This document shows, piece after piece, positions 38,420-48,021 of a stretch of DNA of 64,000 nucleotides. The stretch is from Lachnoclostridium sp. UBA1175. GTDB lineage: Bacteria; Bacillota; Clostridia; Lachnospirales; Lachnospiraceae. The stretch covers positions 27,268 through 91,267 of the forward strand of contig DBYX01000008.1 in assembly GCA_002311665.1 (NCBI GenBank). The letters run 5' to 3'. A program made the translations under genes and the position numbers. The notes under the pieces are model-generated. The model searched no databases, was not told the DNA's origin, and was given only the letters and a program-made list of their open reading frames with translations. The first letter of the stretch is position 1. Each line of letters begins with the position of its first letter.

Positions 38420-41204
38420 CTACGTATTCCTCTCTGATTTTTATTCTAAGTGACTTTGCATGGCTCTCACCGATACTGTCACCTGATACAATAATGCTTA
38501 TTCCGATAATATCACATTCTGTATTCAACGGCACTCTGTGAGTAGAATTGGCGCGAGGAGTACCGCCGTCTTTTTTGATTCGATATATCAATAAAAGAGG
38601 GATATCCTCAAGATTATAGTTTGCACGTTCTGCTATAACATCTTTTTTTTTCTTTATGACCGCTTTTATCGCTTCTTTCTGTTCCGGGGTCATCAATGAA
38701 ATATTCGCATCACTTAACGCATCCACACCAGAACGTAACGAACCGATATCTACATAGTCCTTTTCCTTTTTTCTGGTACGCTCAATAACGCCCGCCGTGA
38801 TTCCTTCCGTAATAACCCATGGATTTTCATTGTTGTCTCCGTCAACAACTGCAACATTCCAATTCACAAATCTTCCTTCTTTGTTCATTGCCTCTATCCA
38901 CTGAGAAAAATAAGGCAAGTTAGTATACAGAGAAGAATGCTTGGAAACAATAAACCTGCTTAAAAATCTGTCCCTTATCTCTGCATAAGGTATTTCATCC
39001 CATATCCATGCTTTTGCGGTGTCCGAACGTCTCGGCCGTTTCTTTTTTGCCAAATCTGCTACGTATCCCACAGTTGTACACAAGTTCGATCTGATTTGTG
39101 CCCCATCTTCAAAATCGGTGGTTTCATAGCTGTCTCCGCAAAAATCAAAGTCGTCATACTCAGCCATCTGACCTTTACGTTTTGATGTTATTCTGAACTT
39201 AGCAATCTCGGGAATATTACGGATTCTCGGTCCGAATTTCGAGGGAGAAACTCCTTGTTTCATAAATCTCTCTACTTCTCGCTTGAGATCCATGTCAACC
39301 TTTGTCAAAGCTTCAAACTTTTCCGTTACGGAATCCGTCATCCATATCCTTTGTAACAACTCATAACCTTTTCGATATCCAAACCATCTGGCCATTTGCA
39401 TAAGCGTATCCGCAAGGTTCGAGTTGCGAGAGAAATAAGTACATACAAGACCGTCAATCGTCAATCCTCGCGACAACGTATTTCCACCTATAACTATAAA
39501 TACCGGCGCCTTGCTCATTGCCTTCAATTGCTCATCGGTTGGATAAACAATTCTCAAATATGTCCCTTCTTCCGCTTCTTTATTTGCGCGACAATTGTCC
39601 ACGCACAAATGAATGCCTTCACCATACTCCAGGTTTTTATCATCTCCGAGTGCAATATTCCTTACATCCCCAAGTAATTCTATGATTTCACACTTCAGTT
39701 CAATAAACGCAGGATAGTCCTCAACCACCTCTCCAATGAAACCATATTCGGGATTAGCCGTTACTAAATCTTCCTTTGTTACACTCTTAATTTCCGCATC
39801 GTATATGTTTTCACACGTTAGCAAAACCTCGCTGGTTTTCGACAACCAGTTCTGAATTCTTTCATAAACAACAAAATGATATTTCTGTATTGCTGCCGTA
39901 TGAATCAACATACTGATCGGCTTTTTCCAAGCTCGCTTTCTCAATAAAGCAACTGAACACAAGAACCAGGCTATAGATTCCTTAAAGCTCCCCGGCAGAT
40001 CGAGTATTTGCTCTTTATGCAGTTTCATCAACTGCTTTTCATCTTCAGATGATATTCTTCTGGTTATAGGAAATCCGGGACAATCTTCTTCATCATTGCC
40101 AAAAATAACCTTCGCTCCGAAATACTCATGTGCCTCCGGTAATGTACAGATAAAATCCTTAGGATACAGAGATTCTCCCGGCACCTCATTTAACACATTA
40201 GCATATGGAGTTGCCGTGTAACTGATATAGTTCATTGATTGAAACTTCGCTTTGCCGGGAGGCGTTGATCCATCTGACATCTTCCCATTAACCAGATTGA
40301 CAATCATTCTATTTATTGCACATCGTTCCTGTTCTTCATCAGGAGTAATTTCGGCGGTATTAATACTTGCCTGATCCGCCTCATCATCAATAACAACTAT
40401 ACGCAATTTACTTGTTCTCTTTGGATCACTGTATAACCAGTCGATTAACCGTTCAAGACGTGTCCTGTTCTTAAGGCATACCGTAAGATATCTGTTCGCG
40501 TAGTTTTTGCTCCCAGACAATGTATTTAATTTCATTTCATCTGCTAAAAACCCCTTATCATCAGCGGTAAAATCAAGGACTTTCCAAAGAACGCCTCCTT
40601 CGCTGTTTCGAAGGTCTTTTTTGAACCTATCACGAGTCTGTTTTCTTAAGTTATCAATTGTGCCTGAAAGAATAATAAAAAAGTTCCAGTCATAATCAGC
40701 CGCCATACTGATTAATCCTTCCATGTTCGCCGTTTTGCCCGATTGGACACTACCGGTAACAAGACCCTTAACCTCACCGTAATTTCGAGTATCTTCCAGT
40801 AAATGATTGAGTATCCAATGACAACTCTTCTGTAAATTTGCTATTGATTCGGAACTCATCTTGTTTCTCAAATATGTCTTGTAATTCTCCCAAGATGACT
40901 CACGTCCGCAAGGAATGGGATGATGGTTTGAGAGCACTCCGTTATCAACAGCAATTACTTCTTCACCTTCAACTACGCTTACAATAACCACTATACTTTT
41001 GTAGTACTCAACAAAATCGAGCCACACTGCTCTGTTCATATTCAGCGGCCAAGATTCCTCATCAATCAAAAACCGCAATGCACTATCAAAATCCGAAGGT
41101 TCTACACATAATCCTTCGATTTCATCCCAGGTCTTGTTTTTATTCAGCATTGACGCTATCCATTCTTTACACGGCTGAAATGCTTTGCTTTCATAATCTA
41201 CCAT
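38412..41204 (-). CDS. Z1-domain protein (SF2 helicase-like ATPase fused to Z1 domain)
   Basis: 930 aa. Walker A TGSVQSGKTAN, DEAD-like VVIDDEADQASI, IGGNTLSRGLTIDGL and MQMARWFGYR (Z1 signature). Confidence 0.85.
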   Translation of the reverse strand: MVDYESKAFQPCKEWIASMLNKNKTWDEIEGLCVEPSDFDSALRFLIDEESWPLNMNRAVWLDFVEYYKSIVVIVSVVEGEEVIAVDNGVLSNHHPIPCGRESSWENYKTYLRNKMSSESIANLQKSCHWILNHLLEDTRNYGEVKGLVTGSVQSGKTANMEGLISMAADYDWNFFIILSGTIDNLRKQTRDRFKKDLRNSEGGVLWKVLDFTADDKGFLADEMKLNTLSGSKNYANRYLTVCLKNRTRLERLIDWLYSDPKRTSKLRIVVIDDEADQASINTAEITPDEEQERCAINRMIVNLVNGKMSDGSTPPGKAKFQSMNYISYTATPYANVLNEVPGESLYPKDFICTLPEAHEYFGAKVIFGNDEEDCPGFPITRRISSEDEKQLMKLHKEQILDLPGSFKESIAWFLCSVALLRKRAWKKPISMLIHTAAIQKYHFVVYERIQNWLSKTSEVLLTCENIYDAEIKSVTKEDLVTANPEYGFIGEVVEDYPAFIELKCEIIELLGDVRNIALGDDKNLEYGEGIHLCVDNCRANKEAEEGTYLRIVYPTDEQLKAMSKAPVFIVIGGNTLSRGLTIDGLVCTYFSRNSNLADTLMQMARWFGYRKGYELLQRIWMTDSVTEKFEALTKVDMDLKREVERFMKQGVSPSKFGPRIRNIPEIAKFRITSKRKGQMAEYDDFDFCGDSYETTDFEDGAQIRSNLCTTVGYVADLAKKKRPRRSDTAKAWIWDEIPYAEIRDRFLSRFIVSKHSSLYTNLPYFSQWIEAMNKEGRFVNWNVAVVDGDNNENPWVITEGITAGVIERTRKKEKDYVDIGSLRSGVDALSDANISLMTPEQKEAIKAVIKKKKDVIAERANYNLEDIPLLLIYRIKKDGGTPRANSTHRVPLNTECDIIGISIIVSGDSIGESHAKSLRIKIREEYVDA

Positions 41205-41205
41205 C

Positions 41206-41619
41206 TCATCTCTCCTTCAATGCTTTTTCGATGATATCTGCACACTCCGAACAATGTTTCTTGATATCGTTACCCCAAAAACGAATAACCTTCCAGCCAT
41301 TCGCTTCCAATTGTTCGTTTACTTCCGAATCTCTCTGCATGTTTCGTTCAATTTTGGGAATCCAAAAATCACGATTTGATTTAATATCGTTTTTTTGTTC
41401 TTCCCAATTATATCCGTGCCAGAATTCACTGTCACAAAATACTGCTACCTTTTTTCCGAGAAAAGCAATATCAGGGTGTCCGAACACTTTATTGGTGTTT
41501 TTCTGATATCTTATTCCTCGATTCCACAATTCTTTTCGCAGCATAAGTTCTATCTGTGAATTCTTATTGTGAACGGCTTTCATATTTTTCTTTCTTTGTT
41601 CGGGTGTATGATTATCCAT
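41206..41619 (-). CDS. vsr: Very short patch repair endonuclease
   Basis: Start trimmed to MDNHTPEQRKKNMKAV. GHPDIAF...AVFCDSEFWHG...FWIPKIERNMQRD...GWKVIRFW. The stop is 1 nt from the Z1 start. Confidence 0.9.
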   Translation of the reverse strand: MDNHTPEQRKKNMKAVHNKNSQIELMLRKELWNRGIRYQKNTNKVFGHPDIAFLGKKVAVFCDSEFWHGYNWEEQKNDIKSNRDFWIPKIERNMQRDSEVNEQLEANGWKVIRFWGNDIKKHCSECADIIEKALKER

Positions 41620-41918
41620 ATTTTGTTTCGCTGCTCTTTCGAATCCATTCTCACATTGTGATAATAAATCATTTACAATATTCGAGCACCATCTTTTGCT
41701 CACTATTATTGCAAATAGCACGTATCAACTCAAAGTAGACTTTTCCGTTCTTGACAATCAAAAGAATAGCTTATCCGTTCGTCATTCTACACAAACACAT
41801 TGGATTGAACCATCAAAAGCAAAACCTTTTGGGTTATTGTACTATAGTCAATTATTTTACATCAATAAGCTATTGCCTTTTTCCTGTACATCAGCCGTCT
41901 TTCCTTCAACCCGCACCA

Positions 41919-43232
41919 CTACTTCTTCACTTCCACATACACGTACCCGCAATAATGGTCCGAAATGTATCCGTCATCGTAAATCAGGTAATAATTGCCG
42001 GTTTCTTTTGCGCAGTCAAATGCGAAATAAATGTTAGCTGACATTCCCGGCTCTATATGATCTACATCATAGATGTTGGTATATCCGTCGATTTTTTCAT
42101 TTGTCAGAAAGCTTGCGGTATCGATATAATAGTTGTCCTTATACGCCCGCATGTTGTATCCCATCAATCTTGTTTCAAGCGCCGATGTTCCGGTGTTCGT
42201 TAGCTTAAACTTGAACACAAGATAATTGTCTTTTGTGTAGTTATCCGCGCGATGATGCTTCGCTCCCTTAAACTGGATCGTATAGTTGCCTTGATAGATG
42301 ATCTCGTCTTCCTTGGTATAGGACAGATCCTTGTTCAGCGGGAACATCGGGGATACCTTAAATTCCTTTGTGCTGACCTCTTCCGATGTGACCGTCCAAA
42401 CGCACTCGGATTTGAAGAAGAACTTCAACTCCTTCCATCCCTTGGGTACTTCGAAGTCCAAAGCGGTCAGCAGCTGAAACGAGTGGTCGAACGTGGTTAT
42501 TGTTTCGCCTGTGACTCCGTCGACGTAGCTCAGTAAAAAGTTTTCAACCTCAGTTACCTGGATTCCGTCCGCATAGCAGGAAATCGAGCTCCGATTGAAT
42601 ACCAGCTCCTTCCCGGTGTTGTTATAAATGTCAAAGAATCCGATGATCACTTCGTGATCTGCCGGGACGGTTTCTTTACCAAAAGCCGTCGGAAGATACG
42701 ACATTGACTTTACATATTGCAGTCCCACGTACTCCTTGCCGACTCGTCCGATATCGCCGATCTTCAGATCCTTGAATGATGTCTTGTGCCCTACGATCGG
42801 ATCCGGCGTCGGGGTCGGCGCAGGTGTGTTTGTGGGCGTCGGTGCCTTGGTCGGTTTCGGAGCGGAAGTACTTTTCGGAGTGTCGGTTTGCGTGCTTGTC
42901 TTGGTATCATCGGGTTTGTCGGAATCTTTTGATTCAATTCCGTTCATTATCACTGCGAACACTCCCACCAAGACAATGATAAGCACAATAACGCTTACCG
43001 ACGACCTTTTGTTCGTCGGCGTGTTATTGTTGTATCTTGTCGCTCCCGTAATAGGGTTACCGCAGTTCGGACAGAAATACTGCCGCGCCTGCGGATTGTA
43101 AGGGATCATCGCACCACAACTTTGGCACTGCTGCACCGGCTGCGACGAACTCATCCCCCTTACGTTTCCGCACCTGGGGCACTGACTGACACCGTCATTC
43201 AGCATACATCCGCATTTTGTGCATATTCTCAT
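41919..43232 (-). CDS. Zinc-ribbon / TM / Pro-Thr linker / DUF4352-like extracellular domain protein
   Basis: Start trimmed to MRICTKCGCMLNDGVSQCPRCGN (RBS GAGGAAGG). Second ribbon CQSCG...CPNCG. TM VIVLIIVLVGVFAVIM. Linker PKPTKAPTPTNTPAPTPTP. Confidence 0.65.
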   Translation of the reverse strand: MRICTKCGCMLNDGVSQCPRCGNVRGMSSSQPVQQCQSCGAMIPYNPQARQYFCPNCGNPITGATRYNNNTPTNKRSSVSVIVLIIVLVGVFAVIMNGIESKDSDKPDDTKTSTQTDTPKSTSAPKPTKAPTPTNTPAPTPTPDPIVGHKTSFKDLKIGDIGRVGKEYVGLQYVKSMSYLPTAFGKETVPADHEVIIGFFDIYNNTGKELVFNRSSISCYADGIQVTEVENFLLSYVDGVTGETITTFDHSFQLLTALDFEVPKGWKELKFFFKSECVWTVTSEEVSTKEFKVSPMFPLNKDLSYTKEDEIIYQGNYTIQFKGAKHHRADNYTKDNYLVFKFKLTNTGTSALETRLMGYNMRAYKDNYYIDTASFLTNEKIDGYTNIYDVDHIEPGMSANIYFAFDCAKETGNYYLIYDDGYISDHYCGYVYVEVKK

Positions 43233-43355
43233 AACCGGCACCGCCTTCCTCATACTCCTCAACCATCTCCGGCCGAACGACTCACTACCCTCGTATGCAA
43301 ATCGTTCGGCCGATCCGGCGTTCACTCAGAACCTTAATATGCTTTTATAGTCCGC

Positions 43356-44402
43356 TCACGGCTTATACGTCAGCTTCTCCTCGAAGAGATGGTCTGCCAT
43401 CCAGTCGTCGTCATCGTAGATGTCCAGCGTGTATTCGATCTCCTCGACTGTCGTGATCCCATTTTCCTCAAGGTGTGTGTCGGAAAATGTTATTTCCGAA
43501 TAGCCCTTCATCTTAGGCCCTACGCCCATGCTCCAGTAGGGATCGAGCATAAAGCCGTTCACACTGACGTCGTCCCAGTCGAACATCAGATTCTTGTCCG
43601 TCTTGTTCTCGACGTAGCACTTTAAGGTGTAGCCCCAGAAATCGTCATTAACCGCGCTGAGGATGATGAAGGTATAGTCGCTGTTGTCGACGACTACCTG
43701 TTCCGTTGCCGTTGTCTTTCTCGCCGGATACTGCACGGTTTCCGCGCTCTTGCCGGTGGGATAGATAGCGTAGAAGTCATCCACGATCCGGTCATCCAGC
43801 AAGTTGTTGTCGTCATAGATCCTCAGATTCCACTTGATCTCGTCTACGACGGAAAATCCTGCCTCTTCGAATCTTGTGGACGAGAAAGATATATCGCTGG
43901 TGGCTTTCTTGCCCGCGTCCACGGATTTGGCCCAGAACGGGTCGATCAGATAACCGTTGACGCTTACGCTCTCCACCGCAAACATCAGCTTCTTGTCCGC
44001 GGTCTTGTTCTCGCAGAGAACCTTGACCGTGAAGCCCCAGAAGTTGTCCTCCTCGATGCTGACGATCTTGAAGGTGCAGTATTCATTGTCTACCAGAACT
44101 TCGTCCGCGAGCGTGTATTCCGTCTTCGCCGGTGCCTTCGTAGGCTCCTTGGTCGGCTCTGCGGGCGGGGCTTCCGTGGGATCGGCGTTCGGTCCCTCCG
44201 TCGGCTGCGTGTCCGGGTTTGTCGGCTTGGCTTCATCCGTCGGTGTCGGCTTCTTGTCGTCCGTATCTTCCGTGCTGGTGTTCTTCTTGCTGTCCGACTT
44301 TCTGTCGTCGTCATCGTCGTCAGCGCCGCAACCGACCGCCATTGCCGCCAGCAGGCAGATCACGAGGATGAGGCTGAGTAGTCTTGCCACATTGTTCTTC
44401 AT
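43356..44402 (-). CDS. Lipoprotein with two internal ~125-aa repeats; paralogue of 59964..60953
   Basis: Start trimmed to MKNNVARLLSLILVICLLAAMAVGC (RBS AAAGGAG). Repeats VDNEYCTFKIVSIEEDNFWGFTVKVLCENKT... and VDNSDYTFIILSAVNDDFWGYTLKCYVENKT... Confidence 0.65.
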   Translation of the reverse strand: MKNNVARLLSLILVICLLAAMAVGCGADDDDDDRKSDSKKNTSTEDTDDKKPTPTDEAKPTNPDTQPTEGPNADPTEAPPAEPTKEPTKAPAKTEYTLADEVLVDNEYCTFKIVSIEEDNFWGFTVKVLCENKTADKKLMFAVESVSVNGYLIDPFWAKSVDAGKKATSDISFSSTRFEEAGFSVVDEIKWNLRIYDDNNLLDDRIVDDFYAIYPTGKSAETVQYPARKTTATEQVVVDNSDYTFIILSAVNDDFWGYTLKCYVENKTDKNLMFDWDDVSVNGFMLDPYWSMGVGPKMKGYSEITFSDTHLEENGITTVEEIEYTLDIYDDDDWMADHLFEEKLTYKP

Positions 44403-44436
44403 TGGATTGATCTCCTTTCGCGTTCTCGCTTGTGTC

Positions 44437-45426
44437 TCACTTGTACATCGTTCCAACCTGTTTCAAAACTTCTCTGAATTCCTCCACCACCTCGGCCGGT
44501 CCGAGGATGCGCACATTATCCCCTAATGCAAATATCCAGCCGAGAAACTGGGCGCTCATCGCCACTTCCGTAAATGTCTCCGACCAGCCGGGCTGCGCTG
44601 CCGGGTGGACGGGGATGTCGCGCCCGAAGCGGTCGAGCATCACGCCGACCAGATCGTTGCGGAAGGCGAGGCGGACCCGCTTGCTCTCGCCGCCGAACAT
44701 GCTGAAGTTCATCTTGGAGTACTGCGCGAGGTTGAACTCGCGGAAGCGGTCGCGGCCGACGCGCTTCTCGTCGAGCACCCGGATGTTCTTCATCTTGTCG
44801 ACCCGAAAATGCTTGATGTAGCCGGCTTCCTCGTCGTAGGCGATCAGGTAGTAATTCTCGTCGTCCCACGAGAGTGCCCACGGGCTCACCTGGTACGGCT
44901 CCTCGCGGTGCGGCTCCATCCGCTTGTCGGTGTTCCACTGCATATACTCAAAGCGGATCTGCCGGTTCTCGGCGATCGCCCGGTGCACGTCGTCCACGTA
45001 GTAGTAGATGCTCTCGTTCATCGTCTTGACGCGGCCCTGCACGAAGACCTGGCGCCGCAGCTGCTCGGCCTCGTACCGGCTCGCCATGCTAGTGAGCTTC
45101 TTGATCAGCTCGTTGGACTTCTTCTCCGTGATGAATTTGGAGGACTGGATGGCGTCCACGAGCAGCTTCAGCTCCGCGATCTCGAACTTCTTGGCGCCTA
45201 CGTGGTAGTAATAGTTCCGGCCGACCTTCTCGCCGATGATCTCGATGCCGAGCACCTTGAGCGCCTCCAGGTCGTCGTAGAGGCTCTTTCGGTCCGCCGT
45301 GACGCCGTACGCCTCCAGCGCCTTCTGGATCTCGGGCATCGTGATCATATGCTCGTCGTCGGTTTTCTCTGTCATGATCTGACTCAGATAATATAATTTC
45401 AGCTTCTGGTTGGTACCTTTGGGCAT
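44437..45426 (-). CDS. WYL-domain transcriptional regulator (wHTH + WYL)
   Basis: 329 aa. N-terminal KLKLYYLSQIMTEKTDDEHMITMPEIQKALEAYGVTADRKSLYDDLEAL. Central PWALSWDDENYYLIAYDEE (WYL-like). Confidence 0.8.
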   Translation of the reverse strand: MPKGTNQKLKLYYLSQIMTEKTDDEHMITMPEIQKALEAYGVTADRKSLYDDLEALKVLGIEIIGEKVGRNYYYHVGAKKFEIAELKLLVDAIQSSKFITEKKSNELIKKLTSMASRYEAEQLRRQVFVQGRVKTMNESIYYYVDDVHRAIAENRQIRFEYMQWNTDKRMEPHREEPYQVSPWALSWDDENYYLIAYDEEAGYIKHFRVDKMKNIRVLDEKRVGRDRFREFNLAQYSKMNFSMFGGESKRVRLAFRNDLVGVMLDRFGRDIPVHPAAQPGWSETFTEVAMSAQFLGWIFALGDNVRILGPAEVVEEFREVLKQVGTMYK

Positions 45427-45644
45427 AACCTCATCCTCGCGTTCTTTCTCTGTCTCGATGTACTTCCGCCGCGCTCGCGCCGGCCCGCGGCTTGATGCTT
45501 TAGTATACCACAGTTCCGGTGCTCATTCCTACCGTTTGAAGGAAGATTATTGGACAGCGAGGCAAGATTTTCCGCGCGCGCGTTACGATGTCAAATATCC
45601 CGTCCGTATCGCGGAATTTTTTCGCCGCGTAACCGAATATTTAC

Positions 45645-46040
45645 TCAGAAATCGACGAGGAAAATGCTGATGTTGATCTGACGGAACGACCGCTTCTCCT
45701 CCAGGCGGACGATCTTCGCGCTCAGACATTTGCCGGCGTCCATCAGCCGCGCGAAGACGATGTTGTCCTTCTCCGGGATGTAGCCGAGTTTCCGCTGCTC
45801 CCCGTCCAGCACGAGGATCGCGTTCGCGTCAAACCGGTTGTCCGGCTCGCGGCGAAGCCACAGCACGTCGCCGACCTTCAGCGCGTCAAGGATCGTCTCG
45901 TCCTCGATGTAGCCCGTCCCCGCCACGTACGAGTCGAACAGCAGGATCTCGCGGCTGAGCGGCTTCAGCATGGCCGCCAGGTCGCCGCCGGTCGCCATTG
46001 CGAGCATATTTTTCTTATCGATCATCAATTCGTTAGCCAT
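45645..46040 (-). CDS. HIRAN-domain protein
   Basis: 131 aa. FDSYVAGTGYI...GDVLWLRREPDNRFDANAILV...KLGYIPEKDN. Confidence 0.75.
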   Translation of the reverse strand: MANELMIDKKNMLAMATGGDLAAMLKPLSREILLFDSYVAGTGYIEDETILDALKVGDVLWLRREPDNRFDANAILVLDGEQRKLGYIPEKDNIVFARLMDAGKCLSAKIVRLEEKRSFRQINISIFLVDF

Positions 46041-46079
46041 ATTTTCTGCGCCTCCCGCGCCTGTGCCGCGCCGCGGCCG

Positions 46080-46904
46080 TCACAGATTCATATTCCAGAC
46101 GAGCTTCGCCTCGCCGCCGCTGAGCATTTCCTCGAGCGTCTTCTCGAGCATATGCAGGTACTGCTCGTAGTCGTCGTGCTCCTCCTGCAGCCGGGTGCGG
46201 TACGCCGCCTTCTGCTCCTCGTCGCGCAGCAGCTCGCCGTAGGTGTACGGCTCCGTCGTCAGGATGTCGTTAATCTGGCACTCCACGCGCTCGATCCGCC
46301 GCTCGAGGTCGTCGCAGTCAGGCAGGAACATCTCCTCGCCGAGCCTCGCCATCGCCCGGCGCACGAGGATCTCGAGGTCCTCGAGCTCGTCCACATCGCT
46401 CTGCTGATACGCGTGCACGACCTTCGCCCAGAGCTCCTGCAGCTCCTCGTCGGTCGCGGCGTGCCGGTTGATATCCGGGTGCATCACCTTGGCCAGTCTG
46501 CGGTAAATCTTTCTCGACCGGCTGGAGCGGTACTCGTCCACCGTCTCGGCCTCCTTCGCCGCATTGGTCTCCTTGATCAAATCCTGCAGCTGCACGTAGT
46601 AAAGCTTCATCTCCTCGTCGAGCTCGGCCTGCATCCGCCGCACATCCACCGCCAGCCCGCGGTTCATCCGCCGCCGGCAGTAGCTGATCGCCTTCTTCTT
46701 CCCGATGCACTCGATCTTCAGCTCAAAATTGGCGACGATCAGGTCGCCGAACTCCTGCGTGTACAGGATCATATACGTTTCGGACTCCTTGTAAAGCTGG
46801 TCCCGCCGCACCAGCAGATCCTCAAGTTCCTCGAGGAGGGCCCGGTTGCCGTCCCCGTTCATCATAGTGTCCATATCCGCAGTCATCATAACAGTCTCCT
46901 TCAT
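46080..46904 (-). CDS. J-domain (DnaJ-like) coiled-coil protein
   Basis: 274 aa. KIYRRLAKVMHPDIN (HPD motif) embedded in coiled-coil sequence. Confidence 0.75.
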   Translation of the reverse strand: MKETVMMTADMDTMMNGDGNRALLEELEDLLVRRDQLYKESETYMILYTQEFGDLIVANFELKIECIGKKKAISYCRRRMNRGLAVDVRRMQAELDEEMKLYYVQLQDLIKETNAAKEAETVDEYRSSRSRKIYRRLAKVMHPDINRHAATDEELQELWAKVVHAYQQSDVDELEDLEILVRRAMARLGEEMFLPDCDDLERRIERVECQINDILTTEPYTYGELLRDEEQKAAYRTRLQEEHDDYEQYLHMLEKTLEEMLSGGEAKLVWNMNL

Positions 46905-47013
46905 AGTTGATCTCCTTGAATTCTCTCTCGCCGCGCGTCGCCGCGGCTCCTTCTCTCCGGCGTCGGCGTCTCCCTCCGCGGCGTCGCATCCTCCGCGGCC
47001 GGCGCCCCGCGCC

Positions 47014-48021
47014 TTACGAAAGCTTCCTCACCTCGTAAAATTCATCGTACAGCTCCGTCACCCTGCGCCCGTCGATCTTCATCTTCCCGCACAGATCCGC
47101 AAAATCCCGGTAGAACCGGCCATCGCACTCGATCGCCGCCCCGCGAACGCTCTCGTACTGCGACGCACCTGTTCCGGCGCTGCCGGTTTCCGCGGCGGTT
47201 GTCCCGGCCGTACCGGTTTCCGCGGCGGTTGTTCCGGCCGCGCCGCCGTTCGCGAAGTCCGCGTTCACGTCGAGCACGAGACTCTTCCCCGCGCGCGTTA
47301 TGCCGTAGCGCCCCGGCGTCCGCGTCAGGTGGAAGAGGTCGTAGAAATCCGCCTCATCCTCGTCGAACGGCGTCAGCTCGTACAACAGCCGCACGATCCG
47401 ACCCATCACCTCGATGTGCCCCCAGAAAGCGTCGTAGGACAGCCGCTCCGCGAGAAATGCTTTCGCTCGCCGCAGCAGCGCCACCGCCACCGCCGACTCG
47501 CCCTGCTCCGCGCGGATGCCCGCCAGGCGATACGCGATCTCCGGGTACGGCTCGCTAAGCCGCCTCGCGCTCTTCACCAGCCCGTACGCCTCCTCGATCA
47601 TCTTGCGGTACCGCGCCTCGTCCTTCTCCACGAAGCACCCGAACCGGTACATATCGGCAAGCTTGTAGCGGCACCACAGGCTCCCCTCGTTGCCGAACCG
47701 GTCGGGCTCCGCCCCCTTGGTGAAGCACTCGAACGCCTTCCGGTAATCCTTCACGCCGTTCTGCCCGAAATAATACATATACCCGAGCTCCTCGAACGCC
47801 GGCCCGAACCCGCACTCCGCCGCCATCGTCAAATATTTCTCCTCGAGGTCGAACCGCTTCCGGTCGCAATAGAACCACGCCAGCTCGGCCATATACTTCG
47901 GCTCCCCCGTCGACTCGATCAGCATCGCCATCGCCTCCGTGTACGCAAACTCCTCGTCGGCCGACGGCACCGACAGCTCGTGAAAATCGTCCCTGATCGC
48001 CAGCGCATCCTTGAATTTCAT
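47014..48021 (-). CDS. Sel1/TPR-like repeat protein
   Basis: Start trimmed to MKFKDALAIRDDF (RBS GGGAGGAAAA). Sel1-like LGYMYYFGQNGVKDYRKAFECFTKGAE and YKLADMYRFGCFVEKDEARY. Confidence 0.7.
   Translation of the reverse strand: MKFKDALAIRDDFHELSVPSADEEFAYTEAMAMLIESTGEPKYMAELAWFYCDRKRFDLEEKYLTMAAECGFGPAFEELGYMYYFGQNGVKDYRKAFECFTKGAEPDRFGNEGSLWCRYKLADMYRFGCFVEKDEARYRKMIEEAYGLVKSARRLSEPYPEIAYRLAGIRAEQGESAVAVALLRRAKAFLAERLSYDAFWGHIEVMGRIVRLLYELTPFDEDEADFYDLFHLTRTPGRYGITRAGKSLVLDVNADFANGGAAGTTAAETGTAGTTAAETGSAGTGASQYESVRGAAIECDGRFYRDFADLCGKMKIDGRRVTELYDEFYEVRKLS
47183..47242 (-). repeat. Two tandem 30-nt coding repeats
   Basis: CCGGTTTCCGCGGCGGTTGTCCCGGCCGTA / CCGGTTTCCGCGGCGGTTGTTCCGGCCGCG, 3 mismatches, encoding GTAGTTAAETG x2 in the Sel1-repeat protein. 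Confidence 0.85.

Larger units (their letters stand above)
29130..41900 (-). other. AT-rich genomic (defence) island: nine co-directional genes, no mobility genes detected
   Basis: Abrupt compositional change. Spot counts of 60-nt lines give about 30-48% G+C inside versus about 60-70% in the flanks. K/N/I-rich proteins sit inside, A/G/R-rich ones outside. The content is dcm, vsr, Z1, two GHKL ATPases, PD-(D/E)XK, kinase and receiver. Confidence 0.8.

Noticed and set aside
29109-41918. Calling the island a prophage, ICE or transposon
   Set aside because: I could find no integrase, recombinase, transposase, terminal inverted repeats, flanking direct repeats or tRNA target by eye. It is therefore reported only as a compositionally foreign island.
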